A stretch of DNA of 59,543 bases, the filler included. It is 4 parts of 4 records of this genome, joined end to end, with 100 filler letters (N's around TTAATTAATTAA, not from the genome) between each part and the next. Parts side by side here need not be neighbours in the genome. Positions count along the whole stretch, not along the records: positions 1 to 19,897 come from SRR22947727_571; positions 19,998 to 36,440 come from SRR22947727_574; 2 more parts are not named here. One strand, written 5' to 3'. The notes below the pieces were generated by a model. That model saw only the letters and a program-made list of their open reading frames with translations, was not told the origin of the DNA and did not search any database. Below, in pieces: positions 19,325 to 27,672 of the stretch (position 1 is the first letter of the stretch; each line of letters opens with the position of its first letter). The translations under genes and the position numbers were made by a program.

Positions 19325-19747
19325 ATGAAACATACCTTTATTCAAAAAATTGTTTTTTTGCTTGTATTATTTTTCTCTAGCGTAGTTTTATCGCATGGGA
19401 CACTAATAATTCCAAATGTAGAGCATGAAAAAGGATATATTCATGTAGCTATATATGACTCACAAGATGCTTTTCTCAATGAAGATCAGGCAATTGAAGT
19501 AATTAGAAAAAAAGCAAGTAAAGGGAAAGTCACCGTGCCATTTTCAAAAATACACGAAGGTCAAATTGCCTTTGTAATATACCATGATGAAGATAATGAT
19601 GGTGAATTGAAGACAGGTCTTTTTTGGCGACCAAAAGAGGGCTTTGCTTTTAGCAACAATTATAATCCCAAAGGACCTCCAAAATTTAAAAAAGCAGCAA
19701 TAATGTTAGAACATGGAGTGCCGGTTGAGATAGAGTTGAATTATTAA
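19325..19747 (+). CDS. DUF2141 exported protein
   Basis: Signal peptide, YHDEDNDG.L, PKEGFAFSNN, GPPKF. Confidence 0.85.
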   Translation: MKHTFIQKIVFLLVLFFSSVVLSHGTLIIPNVEHEKGYIHVAIYDSQDAFLNEDQAIEVIRKKASKGKVTVPFSKIHEGQIAFVIYHDEDNDGELKTGLFWRPKEGFAFSNNYNPKGPPKFKKAAIMLEHGVPVEIELNY

Positions 19748-19760
19748 ATACTCTTAAGTT

Positions 19761-19897
19761 ATGGTCTTAAAAATTCACAACACATTAACAGGAACTAAAG
19801 AAGTATTTAAGCCTGTAGATGAAAGCCATGTCAGAGTCTATGCATGTGGACCAACAGTTTATAACTTTGCTCATATTGGTAATGCAAGAATGGCAGT
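19761..19897 (+). CDS. cysS: Cysteinyl-tRNA synthetase, 5' fragment (contig end)
   Basis: [17 protein letters not shown]. Confidence 0.95.
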
Positions 19898-19997
19898 NNN
19901 NNNNNNNNNNNNNNNNNNNNNNNNNNNNNNNNNNNNNNNNNTTAATTAATTAANNNNNNNNNNNNNNNNNNNNNNNNNNNNNNNNNNNNNNNNNNNN
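19898..19997. other. Artificial contig spacer
   Basis: N-run with central TTAATTAATTAA (stops in all six frames). Confidence 0.98.
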
Positions 19998-21778
19998 GGT
20001 GTACCGAAATTTGTACCACCATTAGCAGGATCTGTACCAGAATAAATTCTATAAGTTGAACCAGATCCAACAAAGTCACCATTGATCTGATCAACAACTA
20101 GAGATCCTGTTGCAGGATCCCAAGAAACAATTTCAGCAGTGATTCCAGCATTGTTTTCCTGACTAACTGTCTGACCAGGAATAAATGTACCACTAACAGA
20201 TGATAGATTCAGAGTACCATGTGAGATTGATTTTGGTGGCAGAATGTGTGTGATTCTACCTGAATTATCTTTGTTGAATGCTGTTGCTTTGAATCCAACA
20301 GATCTTAACGATGTATTACCAAAGTTGGAGTTAGAGTTGGTGATAGACATGTCACCACCATTCTCTGCTTCAAAGTGTCTTTCATAACCCACAGCAAACA
20401 CAGACACTGCCTGAATGAATGCATCGTTACTACACTTAACGTGAACATGACCCCAACCCTTACGATACTTAGCATCACCATCTAGGTGTGCACCATCACC
20501 ATAACTTGCATTAACATAGGTAGAACCATTCCACCTTACGAATGCACGGTCATCTTTTTGTAGTGAGATTCCAGTATACTGAGCCACAACCATTGATTTG
20601 AACCCAGTTGCACGAGAACCATCGGCAAGCATTGCGTTCATACCCCAAGTAGATCTCAGGGACAGGTTGAACATATATGGAGATGCCGAGTCTACAGTAT
20701 CAATCTCAACTCGGACTTCAATGTTTGTACCCGATGCATTCGCAGCAGGAGCATTTGCCATCTGATATGTGAACTGGTTGCCAGATGCAGAAGTAACAAT
20801 GAACGAACCATTATAAAGGTTACCATTAGCATCAACGTCTGCACCAGAGATATTAACCGACACACCCACAGAGAAACCATGGTTGGTAGGTTGACCAGCA
20901 GAATCAACAGTTGATGCAATAGCAGTCGTACCGTTACGAACAATAGAACCAATTGCGAACACGTCGGAGATAGGACCAACGATACGATTTTCTTCAACAC
21001 GAGTCTGAATCTGGTCATTAGAAATAACACCAGAGGTGTCAGGAATCTGAATAAATGCCTTTGAGATCTTCTGATAGTAAAGATCTAGATCAGTCTTAGA
21101 TGCATATTCAAAACCAGTCAATTTGTGATGTGAGAAATTAGGTGCAGTCAATTGAGAGAAGTCATCTTCTCTGTAGTAAACACCATTAGTATCACCATCA
21201 CGAAGAGTGAACTGCCAGAAGTAACAACCACCAGTGATACGCAATATTGCAGACAATCCTGGTTCGTTATTATAAGAAACACCTAACTGTGCTGCTAAGG
21301 TATCAGTGTTAGCAAAAGCACCAGATGCTTCGTTATATGAAGGGTATGGAACATACTTAGGAATAATCCTGGTACGACGGAGATCCATACCAACCAAAGA
21401 GCAACCTCTAGGAACGATTGCACCACCATCAACAGAGTTAAACTTATAAAATTCGTTGTTGACTGATGTAATATCAAAGTTGGAAGATTCAGTCAGTGCT
21501 GTGATAGTATTATAATCAGAAAGACCAGGACGATTATCAATAATGTAATCACCAGGATATAACAAAATCGTGAATGAGTCAAACGAATCGTTGTTTAGAC
21601 CAGCACGATACGAGAATCTAGATACCTCAAGGAGTGCCCTCTGAATTGTTTTGAAGGGTCGAAGTGTTGAGTTACCCCTATTATCAATAGAGTCTGATGC
21701 ATCAAAGTCATCGGATGATACATAAATGATACGTCCAGTTTTGGACGTAATAATATTCTTGAGTCTTGATAGTGCCAT
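19998..21778 (-). CDS. Large cyanophage virion structural/tail-fibre protein, 3' truncated
   Basis: MALSRL..GRIIYV..DFDASDSIDNRGNS..RPFKTIQRAL, GFKSMVVAQYTGISLQKDDRAF typical of T4-like cyanophage structural proteins; runs into the spacer. Confidence 0.85.
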
Positions 21779-21802
21779 TTCCTAGATGCTTCCTACTTGT
21801 AT

Positions 21803-23560
21803 TTAGACTGTCTCTGTAAAACCGAAAAGTGAGAATGCAACTGCACCTGTAGGTGCTTGAACTGCAAGGTTCTGGTCAGGACCAAGAACAAGACCACCAA
21901 TCTTTTCATAAGTTGCTGCACTTAGTGCCTTATCCTTCACCAACCAGTCAGAATCATCAATATCTGCCACACTGTTAACAGTTACATTTACAGGGGTAGA
22001 AGCAAAATCTTTTACAACATCAGTTCCAGCAAAAGCAACTGCAGTATCATACAATGAAACATACAATTTACTATTTGCATTCTCCCATTCAATAACTTTA
22101 CCCTGAGCATCAATTGTAACAGAGTCTAGAGTATAAGTTACGTTAGTAACACCATCTGTTGCAAGCAACTGAACTGACATGGTGTTCAACCATGTACCAG
22201 ACACATTAAATAGTGTAACTGTTGTAGTTGCAGTTGTGTTAGCACTTAGAGTAATCTGACCGTAGTCATCATCACTATCGGCACTGAAAAACTCAGTTTG
22301 AGCATTAACATAGAAGAACAAAGGAGATACCTCAGTATTCCCTGGTGTTAGTTCAATCTGCCTTGTGGTATATGCATTGAATGTGGAGACGTTTTCATAA
22401 TCTACTTGAGTTACAGTTCCACCATCGGCAGTATAAACAACACCAGCAGTAATAGTATTTCCAGTACCTGAGTTTGTACCGTTCTGAGTATCATGAAACT
22501 GAGTATTGTAATTATCATTTGATGCATCATCCAAATTGATGATGATTGTATTACTTCTCTGTGCACTCAGATTAGGATGAATTGCATAAGCAGTACCAGA
22601 GGGATCTGCTGCATATGCAGTTGAACCTGATGCAGTTGACAGATAAGGTCTAGCACGGTCACCAGTGTTTGAAGCAACATCTGCATAGAAACCAGCAACG
22701 TCTTTCGTAACACTATCCCAAATTTTCTCACTAGAGTCAAAGTCGGAAGTTGCACCAGAGTCTTTAATAATCTCAAGGTAATCACCACCAACTTTGACTA
22801 CAAGACCTTCAGCAGTAGGTGTGGTTGAAGAAACGGTAGAAACTGTAATTACTAGATCATCAGTAGAAGATGTGCCACCCAGTGTAGCACCGTCAACAGT
22901 AAAGGTCTCAGCAGCAGTGTAATCCTCACCACCAGCTGAAATCACCACCGTAGTAACGTTACCTGAACCATCAGTAGTAACGTCAAATACTGCATTACTA
23001 CCTGCAGTGCCACTATAGGTATAACTGACTGAAGTGAAGGTTTGTGATGCAGTCAATGCACCGTTTGATGTAGCACCTCCAGATTCAGCAGTTGTTGCAA
23101 CAACACCAACTTGGAAATCACCATAAACACTATCACCAACAGCAATACTACCAATATTTTGAATATTTGATAGACCTATTCTCTGTGTATTGAAGACTTT
23201 CTGATAATAGGTTGTTGTCGTCGTACCTGTTGATGCTTGTGAGAGCATTGTGCCAGATGCAACACCAGTCGTGTTGGAGAGTGTTGAACCAGTATTACCA
23301 AATGTCAGTGCTCCGAAATCAACCACACCATCAATAACAACTTGATAAAGTGAGATATTGTCTCCAGGGGAGAAAGTGTAGGAGTTTGCGTCGAGGGTTA
23401 ATACTTGAGAGTAATTTCTCAAACCCACACTCATCGTTGCAGCACTACCAGCAGTTTCAGCAGCATTCAGTGTGACTGATGCAACCTGAGAGCCAGTTGT
23501 CTGATACAAGTTTGTCAGGGTATTCCCTGGTGCTGAAGATGCTAGTCTGCCTTGTGCCAT
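21803..23560 (-). CDS. Phage virion structural protein (Thr/Ser/Gly-rich beta protein)
   Basis: 585 aa, composition and position in a late structural module. Confidence 0.75.
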   Translation of the reverse strand: MAQGRLASSAPGNTLTNLYQTTGSQVASVTLNAAETAGSAATMSVGLRNYSQVLTLDANSYTFSPGDNISLYQVVIDGVVDFGALTFGNTGSTLSNTTGVASGTMLSQASTGTTTTTYYQKVFNTQRIGLSNIQNIGSIAVGDSVYGDFQVGVVATTAESGGATSNGALTASQTFTSVSYTYSGTAGSNAVFDVTTDGSGNVTTVVISAGGEDYTAAETFTVDGATLGGTSSTDDLVITVSTVSSTTPTAEGLVVKVGGDYLEIIKDSGATSDFDSSEKIWDSVTKDVAGFYADVASNTGDRARPYLSTASGSTAYAADPSGTAYAIHPNLSAQRSNTIIINLDDASNDNYNTQFHDTQNGTNSGTGNTITAGVVYTADGGTVTQVDYENVSTFNAYTTRQIELTPGNTEVSPLFFYVNAQTEFFSADSDDDYGQITLSANTTATTTVTLFNVSGTWLNTMSVQLLATDGVTNVTYTLDSVTIDAQGKVIEWENANSKLYVSLYDTAVAFAGTDVVKDFASTPVNVTVNSVADIDDSDWLVKDKALSAATYEKIGGLVLGPDQNLAVQAPTGAVAFSLFGFTETV

Positions 23561-23569
23561 GATTTTTTC

Positions 23570-25153
23570 TTACGAGAATGCTAGAAAATAAAGTTTTTGT
23601 CTAAGTCTACCTGCAAACTGATCACCAGAGACTTTGCGAGATGCAATCAAGTCAGTAACAGCAGCACCATTAGTGTCTTCTGTAACTAGAGTGCCACCAC
23701 GGTCAGGTAGTTGAACCGTGCGATTAGCAGAAATTGTATCTGCTTTGACTGTTGTAGTGAAACTATTTAGAACTCTAACAAAAGTCCAATCAACATTGTC
23801 ATCAGTTACAGTTCCTGTTACATGAACAGGTGCTGTTGTTCCAGTGGTTGCACTAGTTTGTGCTTGATATACACGTGATACTGAAGTTCCTGCGTCAAAA
23901 TATGAACGAATATCACCTATGTTCACTGACTCGTTTGACACCCACTCGATATAACCAGTTTTAAACTGGGGATTGATGTTTGTCTTGTTATAAACAGTTT
24001 GCGTTGCACCCTCAACCAGAATAATATTTTCATCAACAAGATTAACTTGAGGTTGTTGATCTGGAAATTGGAAAGTTCTAGTAACAGAACCAGAAATGTT
24101 TGCAAGATCTAATGCAACTCTTTGTGTAGTAACGGAAAGACTTGAACCTTTATATGCAAAGATTGGATCTGCATATACTTTGTTAGTAACTGTTGCTGTG
24201 TTCTCTTCACCAAGAATGGTTAAGTTAGCATCAGCAAAAGTATAAGTTCTTGAGTTTGAAAGATTGTTAGCAGAAAATCCCACCTTAAAGGCAAGATTGG
24301 TGCCACTGATTGTGGGTGTAACTAAGTTCTTATCTCTAAGATCTTGTGCAGTTAGAGTATCAACAATCTCTGTGTTTTGTGTGGTATCACTTGCCTGAGG
24401 CAATCTATATGTAATTGTGCCAGTATAAGTCCAGTGACCAACAACGAATTGTGCAGTTCTATTACTCTGAGAGTTTACGACTCGTAAACCAGCAGAGATT
24501 GATGATGGAGTGGATGCAGCATCAGAATCACCTACAAATAAACCAGTTTTGTTTGTAAATGTTTGTGCAGAATTCTCTGTTACTAGAGTATCAGATGATG
24601 TAACACCACCAGGAAAGTTGAATACCTTAGTAGCATCACCACTAGAGTTCAGAGTATCACAGTTAAATCTTGCTTTCCTACCGTTAGAAGCAGAGAACTG
24701 AGTGATATTATCAGTAAAGACAGCACCTTGACCACCAACTGTGAAGAAACCACTACCACGTGGTATAATCTCAATATTTACACTATTAGATGAGTTACTA
24801 TCTTGTGCCGATAGTTGCATAGTAATGTTATTATTACTATTATCAACTCTACCAATCTCTAGTGATGATGCAAAATTACTAATAATAGAACCACCAGCAC
24901 CAGTTGATTGGGAACCAATTACAAAACCTAACTTTTGCGATGCACTTGAATATACACCTACACCTCGGTCTGCATCAAAAGCAACCCCAGGTTGCTGAAT
25001 AGTTCCCTTAGGAGTTGCTTGAAAAAAGGAACTAACCTTAATTTTTCTGTTTGGTTTCAGAGCATCATTTGTGTTTACACCAGGAAGAATAACGTCCCCA
25101 CTAATGTCGGCACTCAATAGTTCTGGTAATTGTGTAATTCTTACTGAAGGCAC
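23570..25153 (-). CDS. Phage fibre-like protein with internal repeats and a CBM-like module
   Basis: MPSVRITQLPEL N-terminus, repeated T.TFP...QT.TNK motifs, W..N....GD...VY.A...TTGTTAP.H..G...W.FV module; GTG start. Confidence 0.75.
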   Translation of the reverse strand: MPSVRITQLPELLSADISGDVILPGVNTNDALKPNRKIKVSSFFQATPKGTIQQPGVAFDADRGVGVYSSASQKLGFVIGSQSTGAGGSIISNFASSLEIGRVDNSNNNITMQLSAQDSNSSNSVNIEIIPRGSGFFTVGGQGAVFTDNITQFSASNGRKARFNCDTLNSSGDATKVFNFPGGVTSSDTLVTENSAQTFTNKTGLFVGDSDAASTPSSISAGLRVVNSQSNRTAQFVVGHWTYTGTITYRLPQASDTTQNTEIVDTLTAQDLRDKNLVTPTISGTNLAFKVGFSANNLSNSRTYTFADANLTILGEENTATVTNKVYADPIFAYKGSSLSVTTQRVALDLANISGSVTRTFQFPDQQPQVNLVDENIILVEGATQTVYNKTNINPQFKTGYIEWVSNESVNIGDIRSYFDAGTSVSRVYQAQTSATTGTTAPVHVTGTVTDDNVDWTFVRVLNSFTTTVKADTISANRTVQLPDRGGTLVTEDTNGAAVTDLIASRKVSGDQFAGRLRQKLYFLAFS

Positions 25154-25183
25154 TACTAGACTCCGATGTGCTGCATACGATGT

Positions 25184-25191
25184 TATTTATA
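25184..25191 (-). promoter_or_regulatory. T4-type late promoter TATAAATA
   Basis: Exact TATAAATA 30 nt upstream of the 527-aa structural gene. Confidence 0.8.
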
Positions 25192-25360
25192 CGTTTTCGG
25201 AATCGAGGAACTTTTCAATGGCATCATGTACAAACTGTCCAACTTCTTCCTCTGACAATCCATTCATCCAGGACCATTTAGGATCGTTAGGATCCCAATC
25301 TATAGAAAACGAACCGTCTGCACGTTCTTCAATAACGAGAGAATCAGCAGTCGTTTCCAC
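25187..25360 (-). CDS. Small cyanophage hypothetical protein
   Basis: DGSFSIDWDPNDPKWSWMNGL; probable GTG start at 25360 after GAGGAG (the longer ORF-track call overlaps the neighbour). Confidence 0.65.
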   Translation of the reverse strand: METTADSLVIEERADGSFSIDWDPNDPKWSWMNGLSEEEVGQFVHDAIEKFLDSENV

Positions 25361-25535
25361 AATCTCCTCGGTTGAATTGTTTTCTGGTTTTTTTGAGTTC
25401 TTTAAGTTCATCTTTAATAAGTTTGTATGCGTCTTCAGGTGATATTTTACGTGCCAATTCCATAGCAGTGATGATCTCAACTCTTGTTCCGAAATGCTTG
25501 AGTGCTTCTTCAAAACAATTTAGTTCTTCATACAT
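25344..25535 (-). CDS. Small cyanophage hypothetical protein
   Basis: 63 aa with RBS (GGAAGGA) and a late promoter upstream. Confidence 0.75.
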   Translation of the reverse strand: MYEELNCFEEALKHFGTRVEIITAMELARKISPEDAYKLIKDELKELKKTRKQFNRGDCGNDC

Positions 25536-25559
25536 GATATATCCTTCCCTAACGAAGGA

Positions 25560-25567
25560 TATTTATA
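25560..25567 (-). promoter_or_regulatory. T4-type late promoter TATAAATA
   Basis: Exact match overlapping the upstream stop codon. Confidence 0.7.
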
Positions 25568-25856
25568 ATTTTCCACTCACAATTCCTGAATTTACAACTC
25601 TTGTATAATTTCCAAGAGTTCCTTCTTGTAAACATTTTAGATGCCATCTAGTCGTTGTGATGATTCCTTCCTCAGTAGCACCAGTGAGAAAATTAGCACC
25701 AAGAATAGGTGTTTTTAATACACTAGTATACAGACCGAATCTTGTTTTCTTAACATAAAAGGCATCATCAATCCAAACTACATCCTCAGGAATATTTTTC
25801 TCGATAGTTGGATTACTACCGAGAGACTCGTGAATTGTTGGTTGTGGGTTGTTCAA
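25563..25856 (-). CDS. Cyanophage hypothetical protein
   Basis: 97 aa, 4-nt overlap with the upstream gene. Confidence 0.7.
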   Translation of the reverse strand: MNNPQPTIHESLGSNPTIEKNIPEDVVWIDDAFYVKKTRFGLYTSVLKTPILGANFLTGATEEGIITTTRWHLKCLQEGTLGNYTRVVNSGIVSGKL

Positions 25857-26059
25857 TCTTCTTCCTGTTGTTTTTTGTTAAAACCGAATGGTCCGACACC
25901 ACTCTTTACTTTATTCTTCCATGCTAAGGTAGCAAGAGATTCCATGACTTTCAAAATATCTTCTGACTTGGCACCTTCACCAAGTTCTTTAGCAACATAC
26001 CAATACTTTGGCCAGTATTCTTCTCCTGCAATGAGATATTCTTCTAAGGTAAGTTTCAT
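25853..26059 (-). CDS. Cyanophage hypothetical protein
   Basis: MKLTLEEY..WPKYWYVAKELG; ATG at 26059 directly follows the upstream stop. Confidence 0.7.
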   Translation of the reverse strand: MKLTLEEYLIAGEEYWPKYWYVAKELGEGAKSEDILKVMESLATLAWKNKVKSGVGPFGFNKKQQEED

Positions 26060-26060
26060 A

Positions 26061-26750
26061 CTAAATTTTAAGATCAGGGTTTTCTTCAAAGTTCTGATAA
26101 AAGGATACTAGGTTGTACCTGTAACCTTTACCAAAAGTGGGATAAGGACTGTGGAAAAAATCTCCATTGTAAAAGAGCACACTGTTAAACTTTGTTTTGG
26201 CAACATGATATAGTTCCCACTCATCATTGCCTTCAAAAGTTTTCCAAGGATTTATTCCTTGTGGGATCTCCTCATCTCTTAACAGTATTCTAGCATGATT
26301 GTCAAGCATCTTGAATGCAGGACAACCATGAAAATTATAGAATCCTGTTCCACCTTTTGTATCTGTCAACCATATCATACCTACCACATCAAAATCATTA
26401 TGTGGTCTCCAGTCATGATCTTTAGTTGGCATGTCTTTCCACATGATGTTACTTGAGGTGATCCAACTCCTAGGATTCAACTTCAAACCAATTTGTTCTC
26501 CCATATCACAATATGCAAGAATCAAATCTCGCATCTCAATAGAAGTAAACTGTTGTCTAGCACCATAAGTGAGACCAGACAGAGCAGGAAACTTCTGCAA
26601 CATTTGGATCAATTTATGAGGTCGTTTAAGAACATTATCTACGGTAAAATACCGCATATGATCTGTGATTTGATGCTCAACGATATCTAGACCAGTGTTG
26701 ACTTCAGATGCCTCATAGAGTTCATCACGATCAATCACAGTGAACTTCAT
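26061..26750 (-). CDS. 2OG-Fe(II) oxygenase-like protein (DUF6445-like)
   Basis: VDN..K.P, PHND (HxD), GGTGFY, FN....Y.G..FHS, terminal R; GAAGG RBS. Confidence 0.75.
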   Translation of the reverse strand: MKFTVIDRDELYEASEVNTGLDIVEHQITDHMRYFTVDNVLKRPHKLIQMLQKFPALSGLTYGARQQFTSIEMRDLILAYCDMGEQIGLKLNPRSWITSSNIMWKDMPTKDHDWRPHNDFDVVGMIWLTDTKGGTGFYNFHGCPAFKMLDNHARILLRDEEIPQGINPWKTFEGNDEWELYHVAKTKFNSVLFYNGDFFHSPYPTFGKGYRYNLVSFYQNFEENPDLKI

Positions 26751-26771
26751 AATGTACTTCCTTCACACGGA

Positions 26772-26844
26772 CTCCTCCACCTGGACTCGAACCAGGGACA
26801 GGGTGATTAACAGTCACCTGCTCTACCAACTGAGCTATAGAGGA
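26772..26844 (-). tRNA. tRNA-Asn(GTT), no encoded CCA
   Basis: TCCTCTA acceptor, GGTGA-CTGTTAA-TCACC anticodon arm, GGTTCGAGTCC T-arm. Confidence 0.95.
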
Positions 26845-26849
26845 TTGAG

Positions 26850-26923
26850 AGCCTGATACCCGACTTGAACGGGTGACCTGATCTTTACAAAAGACCTGCT
26901 CTATCCAACTGAGCTAATCAGGC
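26850..26923 (-). tRNA. tRNA-Thr(TGT), no encoded CCA
   Basis: GCCTGAT/ATCAGGC acceptor, GGTCT-TTTGTAA-AGATC anticodon arm, CGTTCAAGTCG T-arm. Confidence 0.93.
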
Positions 26924-27177
26924 AATAATTCTGGATTCTTAAAATTTAAGGCATACATCATTGGGTGACATTCTTCCATAATGAGATAATTACTCCACTT
27001 CCAAAGGTCTTCCATTTCATATTCTGGGTTGATAGATGCCTCGTATGTGATAGCAGGATCTCTCTGCATTATAGGTTCCAACTCATCGAATGTGAATGGA
27101 ATGTTTTCAACGAAGTACATCTTAACATAACCAATCTCTTCGATGAGACAGTATCTAGCACTTAACTTATAATCCAA
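26914..27177 (-). CDS. Cyanophage hypothetical protein (3' end overlaps tRNA-Thr)
   Basis: 87 aa, VKMYF..IPFTFDEL; TTG start; TAG stop lies inside the tRNA. Confidence 0.7.
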   Translation of the reverse strand: MDYKLSARYCLIEEIGYVKMYFVENIPFTFDELEPIMQRDPAITYEASINPEYEMEDLWKWSNYLIMEECHPMMYALNFKNPELLPD

Positions 27178-27201
27178 CGTATCATAAACTCAACACGCCA
27201 A

Positions 27202-27429
27202 TTATATAGTACCAATTTGACCAAGATCTGCCATTTGTTCGTCTAGCATTGATGAAAGTTCTTGCTCAACAGCAATCTGAGGTTTGATTTTAGGAATTTC
27301 AGCATAAGGAGCAAGAACACAGTTACCTTTATCACTCTTAATTAAGAATGATTGTCCACGTTCAACAAGTGTAAAAATAATGTCAAAGTTTGCTTCCAGT
27401 TCTTCAACGGTCAGATAGGGCATCTTCAT
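27202..27429 (-). CDS. Phd/YefM antitoxin-like protein
   Basis: LTVEELEANFDIIFTLVERGQSFLIKSDKGNCVLAPY fits the Phd/YefM beta-alpha-alpha-beta-beta pattern; start 27429 or 27423. Confidence 0.6.
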   Translation of the reverse strand: MKMPYLTVEELEANFDIIFTLVERGQSFLIKSDKGNCVLAPYAEIPKIKPQIAVEQELSSMLDEQMADLGQIGTI

Positions 27430-27616
27430 AATTGGTGTAGGTAACGTCATCTTCTGATACTTGTGCACGAATTTCCATCAAGACTCTTAAAAACTCATTG
27501 ATTCCTGTTCTACCCATAGCACATTCAATTTCACGAATCTCACCATCACTGGAAAGAATCTGAAACTTGCGATTCTGGACATCGATCCAACAATGTTCTA
27601 GAACGGGACTAGACAT
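27404..27616 (-). CDS. Early hypothetical protein (70 aa)
   Basis: AGGAG RBS at 27623-27627 and ATG at 27616 downstream of a sigma70-type promoter. Confidence 0.75.
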   Translation of the reverse strand: MSSPVLEHCWIDVQNRKFQILSSDGEIREIECAMGRTGINEFLRVLMEIRAQVSEDDVTYTNYEDALSDR

Positions 27617-27639
27617 GAGTGTCTCCTGATTACCCTCAT

Positions 27640-27668
27640 AGTATAACACCTCTCTATCTGGGTGTCAA
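27640..27668 (-). promoter_or_regulatory. Sigma70-type early phage promoter
   Basis: TTGACA-N17-TATACT with extended -10 TG. Confidence 0.85.
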
Positions 27669-27672
27669 GGGG

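Noticed and set aside
19898-19997. TTAATTAATTAA palindrome in N-runs (also 36441-36540 and 48588-48687) as a biological repeat or att site
   Set aside because: Identical 100-nt spacers with six-frame stops separate contigs of different composition; they are concatenation linkers.
21800-21807. TCTAAATA as a late promoter for the large structural gene
   Set aside because: One mismatch to TATAAATA; plausible by position but too weak to list without a TSS.
25361-25513. N-terminal extension of the 108-aa ORF 25187..25513
   Set aside because: It overlaps the 63-aa gene in another frame; a GTG start at 25360 after GAGGAG fits better.
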